64,000 bases of DNA from Podarcis bocagei (Eukaryota), in NCBI GenBank assembly GCA_964188305.1, contig OZ076889.1. One strand, given 5' to 3'. Position numbers and translations under genes: made by a program. This document shows, in pieces, positions 22,421 through 35,480 of the stretch (positions are counted from its first letter, which is position 1; each line of letters begins with the position of its first letter). The notes under the pieces were generated by a model that saw only the letters and a program-made list of their open reading frames with translations, was not told where the DNA came from and did not search any database.

Positions 22421-25014
22421 GCTCGCAGCTCCAGTAGTGTGGCCTTTCCCCAATCCATGATATGCAGAAAAGACAAGAGCACAGAACAAGGCCGGCACTC
22501 ACACGCAGAATGAAGTCTATTAGGACTTAACCCTGGCAGCCAGGGTGATTCTGTAGACTAGAGAACACATAAAATATCATGCCTGTCTCCAACAGCTCTT
22601 GTTAAGTTGCCTGGCATGGAGCTACTATGTATGTGGAGAAACACATCTTGGCTTCACGTTTCACCATGTTCTCTGCATATTAAAAAGTGCCTTGTTCGGT
22701 ATTTTCCAAAAGTTCTAGCTTTCAGTTTTCTGCTCCCTCTCCTGACAGCACCTCCTTCCCAGTAATGAATTTGGAACCCTCCCCACTGTATCCTGCATTA
22801 GCAACAAACCCACCCACCACATGCTCTCTCATCCCAAATAATATATACAGGCATCTGAACCACCTGTGAATGGCAACCAAATTGCTGGTCATTGGTGTGG
22901 ACCTGAAAGACTACACAGGAACCTTAGAGGAGCAATTGTTCCTTCCCCAAAGCTTCTTCAATATTTCCCTTGGGGTGCTAGCTTTGTTACAATGGAAAGT
23001 GGACTCTTTTTTGTAATTCTGTAGGAGAGATGGTCTAGCATTCAAGCATCTGCACGTGACACCACTAGGCTTTTAGTGCTACATTTCCCTCTCACCGCAG
23101 GCTGGAAAAAAATAGAAGAGAATATCCACCTTCATAGGCTCAGCTTTTGGCCACCGGACTGCCAACCCAGTGCACCCCAGCCTTGATTAGTCTGCTGTGG
23201 GCATGTCATGATGCCCACTGCTGGCAGCCCACAGTGAAGGGAGCCTTCTCCCCACCCCCACCCCAGAGCATTGCTCTGCTGACCCAGGAGGGACGCTACT
23301 CTGGGCCTTTGCAGGGTGAAAGGTGAGTATAACTTGGGAACAAATTAGTTCCAAGCAGAAGTGCAGCCAGTTACTCCAGATTAGAGCCTTTGATTTGTGC
23401 GACTCAGACTCCACTCGCCCATCCATAATGAGTTGACTCTCCTCAGAATTCCTCACATCAGCGCACTTTGTTCCTGGGCTCACAAGTCAGCCCATTAATG
23501 GGGAAAGGAAAGGACCTTGCCTCTAAGAAGTCTCAGGTTCAGAGTCAGAATCATTTGACTTTTAAGCTGCCTTTATCTGAACTCCTGCCGGCTCCTTGTT
23601 TTCTGAGCCTGCTTGAAAGTGAGAAGTTACATTGTTAACATCAAACATCCTTCCTTCCAGATGGAGTTAGAAAGCTCGCTTGCGCGTCTATATAAATGTG
23701 TATCTGTATCATGATACGTGTGTGTTTTATAATATATATTTTCTCATTTTAAAATCATTCCTTTCCATTAACAGGGAGCCAGGTTCCCAGGCTCTTGTAA
23801 ATTACAATGTAGAACATTTTTCCTAACCAGACACTTTCCGTTTTTGCCCACGGCGACGGGCAGAGCCAAGCTAGGGAAGGTGATTAATATGAATTTGTGA
23901 CATATTTGAAAGATGGCTCTTTTGCCATATAAAGATTATCAAACACATGCGCTCATCCCCATTAATTCGGCAGCCTCCCTGGGAAGCTCTCGGGCCCCCT
24001 CTCCTTTGTTTCCAGGTTGGGCTGGCTGCTTTAAATGTACCTTTGCTCCTAATTTCCCCAAATTCTAGGTATTGTTTTTCACAGGGTGCCAGTTAACGAA
24101 GTGGTGCGCTTTCCCCACTAATCAAAGCCACTGAAGGCAGTTAGGCATGCATTTTCTGCCATGGAGATAGTTGCATCCCCAAGAAGTGTGGGGGCTTCAT
24201 TATTAATACAGGCTCTCAATCATTTATGCCTGAAACATTTAAAACAAGGAAAGGTGGTGGATGGCAGCCTGTGGTTCCCAAGAGGGCTCATTTTAATTTC
24301 TTTCCTCCATTCACCGTGGACCTGGAAAAGGAGATGGTGGTGGGTTGGGTTTTTTGTGTTTGTTTAAATGCCTTTCACTTCCTGCATTGGCCTTAAACTG
24401 CCAATGTTGCTTGATAATTTCGGTGGATCATTTCCCTTTTCTCTGCATTGCACTCTCTCTCCAAGTTGATCTGTTGAGGAAACTTCAGGCACATTTAGTA
24501 CAATTTGCAGGCATCCCAACTCTTTGCTAAGTTTTCACTGTGTGCCCTTGGGAGGGGCCTGTGACTGATTTAGGTTTCATGCATCAGACAGTGGAATCTG
24601 CTAATCCCGTTAAATGCTAATCCACAAGCTTCAGGCAGGCTTGTGGTTACCTCTACTCCTTCCCTTTATGTGTCAAACCTAGAAATACTGGCTCCGGAAA
24701 GGTCTGCCCCATACCAGGGGGTTTGTATTGGAACTTTCATCCTCTTTCCATCCCTTCCTTAGTTTTGTCACTAGAGTCATTTATAAGACCATTTTATGGT
24801 GAAAAAACAAGCTTACTGTTGTGCCTCAAAGTTCCTCCAGGGCTTTTAGGTCCAGAGTCTTCTCGGGTGTTGTGTGGTGGTTTTCTTCCTGAATTCCTTG
24901 TCTGGACACACCCAATACCTTGGGTTCTAGAAAAGGGTTTGTGTTGCATCTAGCACTGAGCCGGATGTTCTGACCTTGTTAACACCTGTCTTTCATTTCT
25001 GCTTCTTGGAACAG

Positions 25015-25074
25015 AGAAAACGCAGGGAATCTGCTTCCAGTTCATCGTCTGTCAAAAAAGTGAAGAAGCCATGA
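25015..25074 (+). CDS. DMAP1: DMAP1 terminal coding exon (coding part; basic NLS-like C-terminus)
   Basis: cttcttggaacag|AGA; RKRRESASSSSSVKKVKKP* (TGA 25072-25074), matching the DMAP1 C-terminus. Confidence 0.96.
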   Translation, partial: RKRRESASSSSSVKKVKKP

Positions 25075-28000
25075 ATAGCCTGAAGTTCCAGATCCTGGAT
25101 GTCGGAGGATCAGGACACTGACTGCAGGGGCAAGATGGCTGCATTTGCCAGTATGCGTACTTTATGCTATGGGATTCCTGCAGTGACATTGCCCTCTCTT
25201 GTTCCAGAAAAGGGTGTTGCTGCCCCAGGTAAATGGGTTGGACTTCCTTGCATTAACAGCCTCATACTGGTTGTTGCTGTGGTGATTGTGTTGTCTTTCC
25301 TACGTCTGATTTTTGTAAACTTCCTTGTAAATACAGAATCCATTACCTCTTGTTCCATAATCTGAATCTAATCCAGCACTTGTGGGTGGGCAGAAGCACC
25401 TTTATGGTGGTAGGAGCTGCTTTTGTCTAGATCGATGTTGAGCTGGAGTAGGCAGGTGCTGGATCATCAGCTAGATCTTATGGATTAGAATAGTTTTTAT
25501 GACGCATGTGAGGCAGGAGGGGACAAACGCACGCCTAAGACTCCCTAGTATAATGCTACACATGATTAACTATCTCACAGCTGCAAGGAAGACTCGGTTG
25601 TAGTATCAGAGACTGCAGTACAGAGCTACATGGATAAATTATTTTATTGAAAACTTATCTTTGCAAGAAAAGAAACATATCTCAGGCACTTTGAACACTG
25701 AAGATCATTCCCAATGGAAGACATGCTTGCTTGTTTCTGGCTTATTCTCAAAGAATGTTCTTCTGGATGTCCACAAAGTTCCTATTTCACTCAGTGTTTC
25801 ATCTAATTATAGAACAGTTGCTTGACTCATGTGCCCTGCATATGAATTAAACAGTAGAGTTGAGGAAAAGAACCCCATACTGTATCTTAGGTGATGCATT
25901 CATTCATTGCAGGAGGTATTTCCTGCTCTGATGAGAGGGGGCCATGCCTCTGCCAAGATGTTGCCTGCTCTCCATGTATTTTTCTAAGTCCTTATACTAA
26001 AAATAATTTAGATCTTCCGTTTGATTTGAGCAGTGGCACCTTTTTAGTTAAACAAATTTTCAATATCAATTTAGTGAGCCAGTTTAATGCTCCATCCTTA
26101 GTTTTCTCATCTCACAGGTAGGTGAGGTACCCTCCCATATCTGTTGAGAGTAGCCAGAATTATTCTGTGTTATTTTGTGGACATACATACCCATCCTGAG
26201 TGTCATGGTGAGTTCTTTGTGCTAACATAAAAAAGTAGTTCTACAGACTCTTTTAACAGGACAATCCTGCGTGTGTTTACTTGGAAGAAAGTTCCATTTT
26301 GTTCAGTGTGTTCATGGTTGCCTTTTCCTATTGTAGCCTGCTGTATGCAGACCAGTAACTTTTATACCCTCCAGAGGTGACTTGGTGTGTGATAATTGCG
26401 TTGATTAGTGACCAATGGAGCAACCAGCTTGTATGCATGCTGGTTTTCCAAGAACCAAGAAGCATCCATTTCTCATTGCTAGAAGGTTTGGTTTGATAGT
26501 GTAGGGTTGAATATTCCAAGTCAGTATAATTAAGCCTGTGTATACAATTGCAGGAAAGGCTATGTTTTGCTATTAAATATAGAATTCAGCACCAAGAAGG
26601 AAGTTTCTAGCCCATAAGCTTTTACAAAGGTCACCTTGAAAGTGTGTGAGTATCTCTGGTGAGATCTCTGAAGCCATAGGAGGGCTAAGTAGGACTTCTA
26701 GTGATCAGACTGTGGTGTTTTGCATAGCTCTTTACCCTTCCCTAGAGTAGCAAAATAAATTATGCAAAATGAGCAAATATGTGCACATTTGCATAATGCA
26801 TACAGGCCATGGGATTCCAGTTTTAATTTTAATTTTGATGGGGTTTTTAGTGCAGAATACAAAGCCCTAGGTATAACCCTTGCCCTCAGCAGGAAGAGAT
26901 TGACTGGCTACGTCTAAAGACTTCAGTTGCATGTTCTCCAGTGTGTGGCAGGCAGTGAGGCCAGTGATACCCTCAAGAAGAGCTAACTGTAAGTAACTTT
27001 GGTTTCATCAGTGTAAAAATATTGAGTGCTGGCCTATGAGGTAGCCCTCCATTCTGGTCTGGAGTTTCTCCAGCTTGCTGACTGTTTTAATGACTGAATT
27101 GTACTCTTCTCCCCCCACCCTAGCCCAGCCCTTTCAGATATTCATCTTCCATCAGAAACATGTTGGAAGGAGGGCTATGATACTTTTGGCCTGCTGCTGT
27201 CAGACCTAACTCATGCTCTACCTTCCCCTTCCCATTTCAAGTGCAACTGGGAATCGATAGTGCATGACAATGCCCTTTGATTTACATTCTTGCTGGCAGA
27301 AAGAAAGGTCAAAGGCCAAGTTCTTCGTTTTCATAGAAAACTAATTAGACGACTCCATCGACACTGAATCAATAAAACTGATCAGGTGATTACACAGAGG
27401 GAGCCATTAAAATCCCTATGACCTTTGATCTCAAGTCCCTAACCTGAGGTGGGAAAGGCTCAGTTATATTCTCTAGTGCTTGGAGGACAAACCTCCCAAA
27501 GTGAGATGGACTGGCCTACAAGGCTTCAGTGGGTGGTGGTGGACACAGGCTTTGCTGACTCTGCTGGTTGTATCTAGTATGTTCTCATTTCAACCCCTAC
27601 CGCATGAATGGTCATGTGGATGGAAAGGCATGGCAGACATAGACAAAGGGTTGATAAAGCAATTACCTTCTGCAGTGGTGCCATAAAGAGAGAGGTGGCC
27701 CTAACTGGAACAGACCCCCAAACCTTTCACTGCTACAATGGGAGGGGAAAGAACAGAGACCTACACTGAAAGGGGATCGTGATTTATTTGGGGCTTTGTC
27801 TTAAGCTACGGAGTCAATTAGTATGTTCTCCAAGCAGCTTGCTTTGTTTTCAATCTCCCATTTGTCATTGTTGTCTAAATCATAAAAGATTGTTCACATT
27901 GGTGCATAAGCCATCTTAGGTCATGTAGCACTAAACAAACATTTGGTAATTATTCATTGGCCTTCTGTGTTCAAGTTTATTTGACTTCTATAAAATGAGT

Positions 28001-29731
28001 CATGATTTTTTTAACATGTAGCTCCAGGCTTTGCTCTGTTTTACATGGTATATTGTCGTAGCTAACAGAGAGAAAAGGATGGGAAACCATATAAACTTCA
28101 ACAGGGGCCAGTATCTAGACCTGAGTATTGCCCTCTGTGAGCACCACTTCTACCTGCAGATTGAGGAGGGTGCATGAGCCAAAGTGTTCTCCTGTGCCCC
28201 TGTGGCCCAAGCAGCCTATGAACTTTGTGTGCTAAGCATCCTTGATGGTGCAATGAGCCGAGGTGATAAGATGTAAATATTTGGCTTCTTCAGGATCCTC
28301 CTTTCATTGAGGGGCCCTTCAGTAATGTTAAACAGATGGTATGAAAACATTTTAATGGTGCCCACTGATTGGCAGTGGGTGCAAATACCACTTTCAGCAA
28401 AACTCAGCTCTACTTGGGAGCTCCAAATCTAAAAGGTGTCAGATACAAGCTCCACTTGCTAAGGAAGAAGCAGGATCAAACTTTAAGGTTCCTGCTTCTT
28501 CCTTTGCAGCTGCATCTTTGCCTGACATCACATTATGTCAGGTGTGAGGCAGGTGAGTGTGACTTGGACAAAATGACCCCTGAGGCCTGATTAGGGCTGT
28601 GGGCTGGAGGTTTCCCACCCCTGGTGTAGAGCACAGGGCAGGAGGCTAACTATTGTAAAGGAAAGTATGACCTATTCTCAAGATACTTTCCTGGGGAAGA
28701 ACTAATAAGGAAGCAGCTTTTGTTTTGGCTACAGATGGGAATACGTGGTTGATTTTCTCTCATGAAGGTATATGATACTTGTGTCACAAAACAATCCCAG
28801 AACGCAAATCCATTTAAGGATGGGAGAAACATCTGTGCAGTTACTGCCAGATTACATGGGCAGTTGAAGAGGTATTGGGAAAAGGAGTTTGCTTAGCAGC
28901 ATATTTTCCCCCCGGCCCCACTCCCTTACAGCATACAAGGAGCCAGGTTCCTTTCCCCCAAACTTTATTCATGTGGCACATTTACAGCAAGGATGGGAAT
29001 AACGAGCCAATGAGGAGGTCAGGTTGGGTTCAGCTGGAACATCCACACACCATGCATTATTTACCGGTAAGGCCCAGTGCCTGTATCAGCTCACAGCCTG
29101 ACTCTTGGTGTGGCTCCCAGGTAGGTGGCAGCTGGAGCCTATCCATCTGGGGATCCATTCAGCAAAAGCTAGGGCAGAAGGTTTCAGGAAAATACTGAGC
29201 TGGGAGAGGGCGAGTCATTCTTTATTTCCCTCTTCCCACACTGGACCAAGGTGATGGGAATAGGATAGGAAGAATAGGCCACACCTCTCAAAGCAACAAG
29301 TCAGTTGCAGCCGTTGTAGGAGGAGGAGGAAGTCAGGTGAGCAAAGGGGCAGTAACAGAGATGTCAGTCAATTTGCAGATCCCTGCTGGGTAATGGGAAC
29401 ACAACCCCCTGCTGGGCTAGCAGTAATGGGCATGTCCACTGCCTGCAATGGACTGCATGCTCCATAGGGGGGCCATGCACAAGTGCAGGGTGGATGCACA
29501 GTAGGGTTCCCCATGTTCTGAGGAGGCATGAGCAAGGGATCACAGGGTTCAAGAAATGCAGGACATGGCGGTGAGCATCAGCCAGGATGCTCCTGCCTAC
29601 GATAACCCCTGCTGAATGAAGCCCCAGGGAGATAGGTGGCTCTTGGTGGGCAGGGAATACAGGCACTTTACCTTGAACAGAAAGAGCCGAGCTTCCTCAG
29701 ATCACATACAGAAGGAATCAGAGGGTTAGTG

Positions 29732-29737
29732 TTTATT
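29732..29737 (-). terminator. Probable ERI3 polyadenylation signal AATAAA (3' UTR about 29710-30290)
   Basis: tttatt on + strand, about 550 nt downstream of the ERI3 stop on the minus strand. Confidence 0.7.
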
Positions 29738-30290
29738 CAAAACAGAAGGGAAGGAGGGAAGAAGCCTGCCGAAGAAGGGGGGGGGGGCTGTCTGGATGCT
29801 GCTCAGTCAATATTTAGCTGACACGCAGGAGACACAGTAACAGATTCACACAGGAAAAGGGGAGGGGGGCTTGACCGCGGTTGTTGCGATATTGGACTCA
29901 AAGTAATAAGGGCGAGCGCCCCAAACATGGCGCCACGGTCTTGCTACAGGCGCAAATATGAGCAGAGAGAGAGAGAAAGATGCCAATGGAAATCGGAAGC
30001 CAACAAAAGGGAAAACAATCTACGTCTCTAACCATGTGGAGCAAGCGCCCTAGGGGGCTGCAGGCTGGGCCAGGCCGGGCAGGCAGCCGGCCCCAGAGAG
30101 GGAGTCACGTCAGGCCTACACAGAGATTCCAGTTCCATATATACAGCCTCTACTGGCAGAACAGCAAAACTGACGGAGTCGTGGGGTTGCTCGTTCCTCT
30201 GTCCTCTTTCTGTCGTTCGAATGCTCCAGCCCATCACGCCCAGGTAGCAGGAGCCGGCCGCATGCAGCCCTGTCTGGCCGGCCCCAGAGA

Positions 30291-30373
30291 TCAAAAGGGC
30301 TTGGAGGTCTGCTTGAAGATGAACCCTCTGTGAGCCAGTGTCTTCATGATGTTGGCAATGTTCTTGCAGTCAT
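30291..30373 (-). CDS. ERI3: ERI3 (ERI1 exoribonuclease family member 3) terminal coding exon, 83 nt, phase 1 start
   Basis: Minus strand ctttgaccggcag|AT GAC TGC AAG...; (D)DCKNIANIMKTLAHRGFIFKQTSKPF*, the ERI3 C-terminus with the ExoIII Asp; convergent with DMAP1 as in other vertebrates. Confidence 0.95.
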
Positions 30374-30411
30374 CTGCCGGTCAAAGGAAGAAAGGGCGTG
30401 AGAACGGTCAT

Positions 30412-30515
30412 GTTATTCTTCTTCTTATTATTTATTTCATTTCTATACCACTTCATATTTTAAAGAAAAATCTCAAAGCGGTTTACAGCATATTAAAACA
30501 TCAATAAAACAATGT
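30412..30515 (-). mobile_element. L2/SINE 3' tail remnant
   Basis: ttattatttatttcatttctataccac...tctcaaagcggtttaca, typical reverse-complement L2-type 3' end. Confidence 0.5.
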
Positions 30516-32879
30516 TGAATCGGACAGGTATGAAAATGCTTGGAAAAAAGGATCACACACATACCCCATACTTATAGGCAGTACTTTGCTTCTAGAAAAA
30601 AAGCTGCCGGTATTGGGTATCCTTGAGTACCGCCAGGAAAAAAAGCACTGCATACAACAATCCACACATAAAAGCTGACCTTTCGCAGACATATGTGCCC
30701 ATAAGCATGCATGCATGCAAACACCTCTATGATTCATGCACACCCTAGATTTGCTGTGGTAGTACTGGCAGCATGGAATGTCCTTCTTCTCTCTAGGCTC
30801 GTCCACACTTCTGCTTGTCCCACCACTTTCCCCTGGGAAAACCTGCTCTTTACCACTGAATTGGAGCAAATGCCAGTTGGGATTTTGGCGTGTTGATGTT
30901 TGCTCTGATTCAGAGGTAAAGAGTGGGTTTTCCTGGGGAAAGAGGCAAGGCAAATGGAAAACTGCTCAGAGCTGTGCCTAAAAAGCATGGGACAAGCAGA
31001 AAGCCTCTTGGAAAGCTGAAGTGTGGATGAGCCTTTTGTCTCATCCCTACTTAAGCTTCCTGACTATGGCAAGTAGATCTTCATGGCGAATTCTGCCATT
31101 TCCAATAAAGTGGGGTATGGACTCAGCGGACTCAGCTGTGTTACTGTTCTACAAAGATATCTTGAATTAGGTGTGCAAAAGATTTTGATGATGATTTAAG
31201 TAAATTTCCCTGCAAAATGCCCGTTTATCTAATTTATACAAAATGAAAAATTGCAAATCAACAGAATTTGTTTTTTTTTTTTTTACAAAACAAAGGGGGC
31301 AGGGGTTTGGAGACATGAAAGGAATCTGTGAAGGGGAAATCCCCCCCCTCACATTCTCTAAATGTTTGAAATAGAAGATAAAACTCCTGGCAACACCACT
31401 CATCTATTTTTTCATCCTGAAGCATTAACAGAAACTGGTCGCATTTCTTTCTTTTCAAAAACCAACAATGAGGGATAGAAACATGCTTTTAAAGTTGCAT
31501 TTCAGATTTTCTAGATTCTAGGTTCTGTATTGCATGACACACTAAATAAAAAGCCTTGATTAGGGCAACAGCTATAAATGTAGCTTTCCTGCACACTTTT
31601 GGTGTGGACTTTCATCACAGGCCCCCACTAGTTCCAGTCCAGCTCTTGCACCTTTCCTCATTTTTTATATTGGAAGGATGACAGAAGGATGGACCGGTAA
31701 GTAGAGCAAGCTCCATTCTCTTCTGAACTAACAGGGAAGCAGGGTTGGGCTGGCTCGCATTATTTACCTGGGACTAAACACAAGCAGAGTTTGCTAAAAT
31801 AGAAGCAAGCCTTAAATTGATTCCTGGTGTCTATATTTCATGTTGAAAATTGGCTTGTAAATCCATGTTTTGATCTATGGTGGCCGTCTCCTTAAGAAAA
31901 AGCAAGAGTAAATGTGTAATTTCTCCCTTGACAGCACACGGTGGCGAGGCGATCCTTCTTCCCGCTCCCCTCCGACTCGGGACAGCTCCGCTGCCTCCCA
32001 TCAGCACTCTTTCTTCCTCGCCCCACGCCTTGATGTCTCCATTTCATTAGTGTGCGCCCATTCATCACGCTGTTACCGTAAGGGTGACTTTGCCCACTTG
32101 CATGTGGCAGGCAGGGCCTGGATGACATGGGGTGGCGCTGCCACTCTGACGGGGGGAGGGAAGCAGAACACCCACCCACACCCCTGCTAGTAAATGGATG
32201 TTGTGGCAGAAGGACAGCTGCATCATTACTGATGTGTAAATGATAAAGCAGCACCTCCACATCCGTCTCTTAACTGTAAATCCAGGGAGTGCTTTATAAT
32301 CAAGCGGCAGCGATAATAATGTGAAATTAGGTCTCTCTATCAAAGGGGGGAGGCCTTTTAATCACGGCTTAAAGGGTGCAAGTGCTGTTTATCATAATTG
32401 AACTGTATCCGGGCTAATTGTGGCCATATTTCACTGTCTAGGAGACAGGCACACCGACTGAGGAATGAACGCCAGGGGCCGAATGGAGCAGGAAGCTGCC
32501 ACCCAACCTGTCTTGGCCCCAAAGTGCAGGAGCTTGAGTATTTGGGGAGGGTGTCAACAGATACATGAAACAGCCCCCCATCTACCTTCCCCCTGCTTAA
32601 CCTATTGAATGCTGGTAGCACAACTAGGGGGAAACAGATGGCATTCTGCTCTTCAACTGCATTGGGAGTTTACATAGCTAGGCTAACAAAACCAAGCATT
32701 TTTTATCAAAAGCAACTAACAGATGAAAATTCTGCGTTTAAAAAAATGAAAATCGGCATACACCAAGGTGCATACATTAGTCAGATTGGTAACAGCTGCA
32801 AAGAAGCAGCAGAGTGACTACAGAAATGGGAGGGGGGGCAAGGGATCTTATATAATGAGCAGAGCTTGCCCATTTGCAA

Positions 32880-32963
32880 TGCAACCCTTACCATGTCTAC
32901 TCAGGAGTAAGTCCTATTGAATTCAGTGAGGCTTACATGTAGGTAAGTGGGGATAAGATTGCA
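32880..32963. mobile_element. Short palindromic squamate interspersed repeat (MITE-like)
   Basis: tgcaacccttacc..tctactcaggagtaagtcctattgaattcagtgaggcttac..ggtaagtggggataagattgca, an imperfect palindrome. Confidence 0.55.
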
Positions 32964-35189
32964 GAAAAAAGTACTCTGTAAGAGTACCCTAGAGAGCAAG
33001 GTAGATTGCAATGGAACATGTTATGTGGTATGTAGCTGCAAGTAGTCAAATAGCCTACAGTTGAAGCGGTAGGCTATTTTTGGCCTCCTCAACCCTTAAT
33101 TTGCTCTGAGTTTGAGGCACACCCCAAAAAGAATTGGGTGGGGGAACATCCATCAGCTTCATGTCTCACCCATGCTCAGCCAGAACACGTTCAAAACGGG
33201 GATTGGCCATATTTGCAACAAGTCACTACTAGTATCACTTTCACCAAACTTACTGATCTTCAATCAGAAGGAAGGGAATAAAGATATAAAGATAGAAGTT
33301 TGGCCATGTGCACACCTGAGCATTAGCTGCTTCCTAGTACAGCTATCTGGCAAAGTATGTCTCTACTTAATGGCTGAAATACAAAGCAAATAGATCCACT
33401 TCTAAATGTACAAAATGTCTGATTATCTGCTGGACATTAGCTCCCATAACTTCTCTGCCTTGTACAAAGTCTAATGGCTCATCAAATCTGTGGTGATGTT
33501 CAACATTCTTGCAGTATGTTTTTCTACCTGAAGAGCCCTGATTCCTCTCTGCCCTTGAAAACATCTCATTGATTTCCAGCTAAAGAAACCTGTGTTGTCA
33601 GGAATTGGGGAGGGTATCTCTGAGGGGTTCATATTCTTGGAATCTATGGGGGAAAGCAGACCACCACCAATGGTCTCTCTTGATATGTGCAAAGATTTTC
33701 AAAGGGGCAAAAAAACCACAACCTTAAACAATGGACCCTGGTAAAAACTTTGTTTACAAGTATAGGCAAAACTGAGGAACCACTATGACTTAGTGGAACA
33801 GAAACATGGACCTGGTTCTGTAGGCTCCGTATGTTCCATCTTCTCTTGAGAGATCTCCTTATCTGAGTAGATAGAAACATCAAGAGTCTCAGCCTATTGC
33901 TTGTCTACAGTGGGGCTACCTCTTTCATACACCTTCTGGAACCTGCTCTTTCATGCCCCCAGTGCCTGTTGAAGGGTATACTGCAGGCTATCTTTCCAGA
34001 TGTTCATTCCTTATCCTCTATAGTTGGCCTAAACTGACCTACACCTGCTCAGCCACTCGTAATTTCCTCAGTGGGTACACACAATGAAAACATCTGGGGA
34101 GGGGGATTCTTGCTTCCAAAGCTCACTGTTTTGGTTGCTCCCCTTTGGACCATCTTTAGTTTATATTGTCTTCTCTCTCTGTATGCCCCTTGACTGAATC
34201 CATACTGACCTTTCTACACCAAATGTTGAACTTTGATCCCCACCACCCGACCATTGCCCATACTGGGGGTTGTCATCCAATACCTGAGCACCCAAGGCAG
34301 GAGAAAACACCTGAGGATCCAAGGCAGAGGAAGTCTGCCTTAAGATTCTCTTATCTTAGCCGCAAACCCTCTTCTGCAATATGGTGATAACTATACTGGT
34401 CTAATTCATAGGGCTAATGTAAAGATTATTGAGATACTGTACAGGAAGAGCTCTAAACACCTGGAATACATTACACTAATTACTTTAGTAATTATTATAC
34501 ATAGCATCCCAGTACAGGTGGCAGTCTGAATGAGATCACAAAAGATGGGCAATAGACAGATCTCCATACAGATTATATTAGGTCTCCAGTAGCTAGAAGC
34601 GATCAACTGGAAGTACCCTAATGTGGGTAACGTTCTGCTACGCATTTATACTAAAAGATCCAGAATTAATCTGAATACTCATACATCAAGTTCTTTGATT
34701 TCTGACATCCTTTTGCAACTTGCATGTGTGAAACAGTCATCGCAGATTGAATGCTACAGTCAGAGCTTTCATATTGCCCTACATCTCCCATTTAAAAAGT
34801 TTTCAATGTTGGCAATTCACAAATTTGCCTGGGAGCAACAGGTCAGGTGAAAAGCTACTACACAACACACACAAATAAATTTCCATTGCAGGAAGATTCA
34901 GGATACTAAGCCATTTGCCTGACCCAGTGTGACTGTTCTCAATTTCTTGCCATCTGTGGGCTATTCTTTCTGGGCAAATTTACTCTGGCTATGACCACAT
35001 CCTATGCCATTTGGTTGTGTTAGTGCAAAGAAAGCCAAGCTGCCAGCCTTCCCACCCGGGACACTCTTTTGTGCCCCTCTATCTTAAACCAGACTATGCC
35101 AGGTGTGTTTCAGACACTTGGTACAGGTGGCTCCTAACAAGCCATTGCAAAGCTCACTTGCCACAAGTCATTTAGCAAGACTGACTTCA

Positions 35190-35480
35190 AATCAGCACGA
35201 AGGTAAACACGCTTATTACAATTATCCGTGTACAAAAAAATCAACAACAGCCGAACAACTTTCTAATATGCAATTACAGCCGCTTATTGATTTTACAATG
35301 TAATCCGCTCCGATTGATTTAATAACACAATTATAGGCTGGCTCCCGGGATATTAGTGCGGGAGATTTTCATAAACTCCAAAGCAAAAAACTAAGCGGCT
35401 TTTAAAACAACACCGTCAGATGGCTGTTTGGGGAATTATTAGCCATATGAAATCTCCTAAATCTCCTCGTTGTTACCTTG
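35190..35480. promoter_or_regulatory. Candidate conserved non-coding element in ERI3 intron
   Basis: AT-rich yet CpG-rich; taatcc (35301-35306), gattgattt, many ATTA/TAAT; conservation not verified. Confidence 0.5.
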
